From contig NW_019217962.1 in NCBI RefSeq assembly GCF_002571385.2, positions 236,357-300,356 of the forward strand: a DNA stretch of 64,000 bases, given 5' to 3'. How positions within the stretch are numbered: the stretch's first letter is position 1; the number at the start of each line of letters is the position of its first letter. Below the pieces are notes generated by a model. The model was not told the origin of the DNA, searched no databases, and saw nothing but the letters and a program-made list of their open reading frames with translations. The DNA is from Stylophora pistillata. Its lineage: Eukaryota. Below are positions 63,736 to 64,000 of this stretch, one piece after another. Made by a program: the position numbers and the translations under genes.

Positions 63736-64000
63736 TGTACCCACCAAACTGATGTTTACAAGAAGACAAAAACACTTATTCAGTACAAAGTAAGTCTAGC
63801 TATGTACTGAGTGAAGGGTTTTGTTATTTTGATGCTCTTTACCAGAAAACAAACATAACCACTGAATACACAGTTAAATTTACTTTGGGCTGAATTGTTT
63901 GATCAACTAACATAAACGCAATCCTTTCTAAATCTTTTACCTATAACAGAACACCAATTTATGTTGATCACTTAAAATACAACCTGAAAATAGAGCATGT

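Noticed and set aside
1-64000. CRISPR arrays, operons, prophage or bacterial contamination
   Set aside because: No repeat-spacer array is present. Genes have spliceosomal introns, and the phage-like domain is itself split by introns.

Overview
AT-rich, intron-rich eukaryotic DNA. The repeat families and gene content suggest an anthozoan, probably a stony coral; this is inference. It has two assembly gaps (32231-32963, 38027-38194). Five genes were reconstructed by hand from splice sites and reading frames: (1) the 3' part of an arylsulfatase B/I/J-type sulfatase (+, 664-9073); (2) a single-coding-exon aminergic-like class A GPCR (-, 11044-12075); (3) a GABA-A/glycine-receptor-like anionic Cys-loop channel subunit (-, 30144-40216) with an in-frame TAG in loop B; (4) an 11-exon, about 695-aa membrane protein (-, 45552-55941) with MYRF-like N-terminal motifs and layout, but with a phage phi29-gp12/Peptidase-G2-like chaperone domain where MYRF has its S74/ICA domain; (5) the 3' exons of PBDC1 (-, 60989-62502). 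Introns and intergenic DNA hold tRNA-derived SINEs, LINE fragments, MITEs, Penelope-type minimal hammerhead motifs and one 277-nt retrozyme-like unit with an intact type I hammerhead ribozyme. The MYRF-like/G2 gene and the retrozyme are the main leads. No database search or folding program was run.
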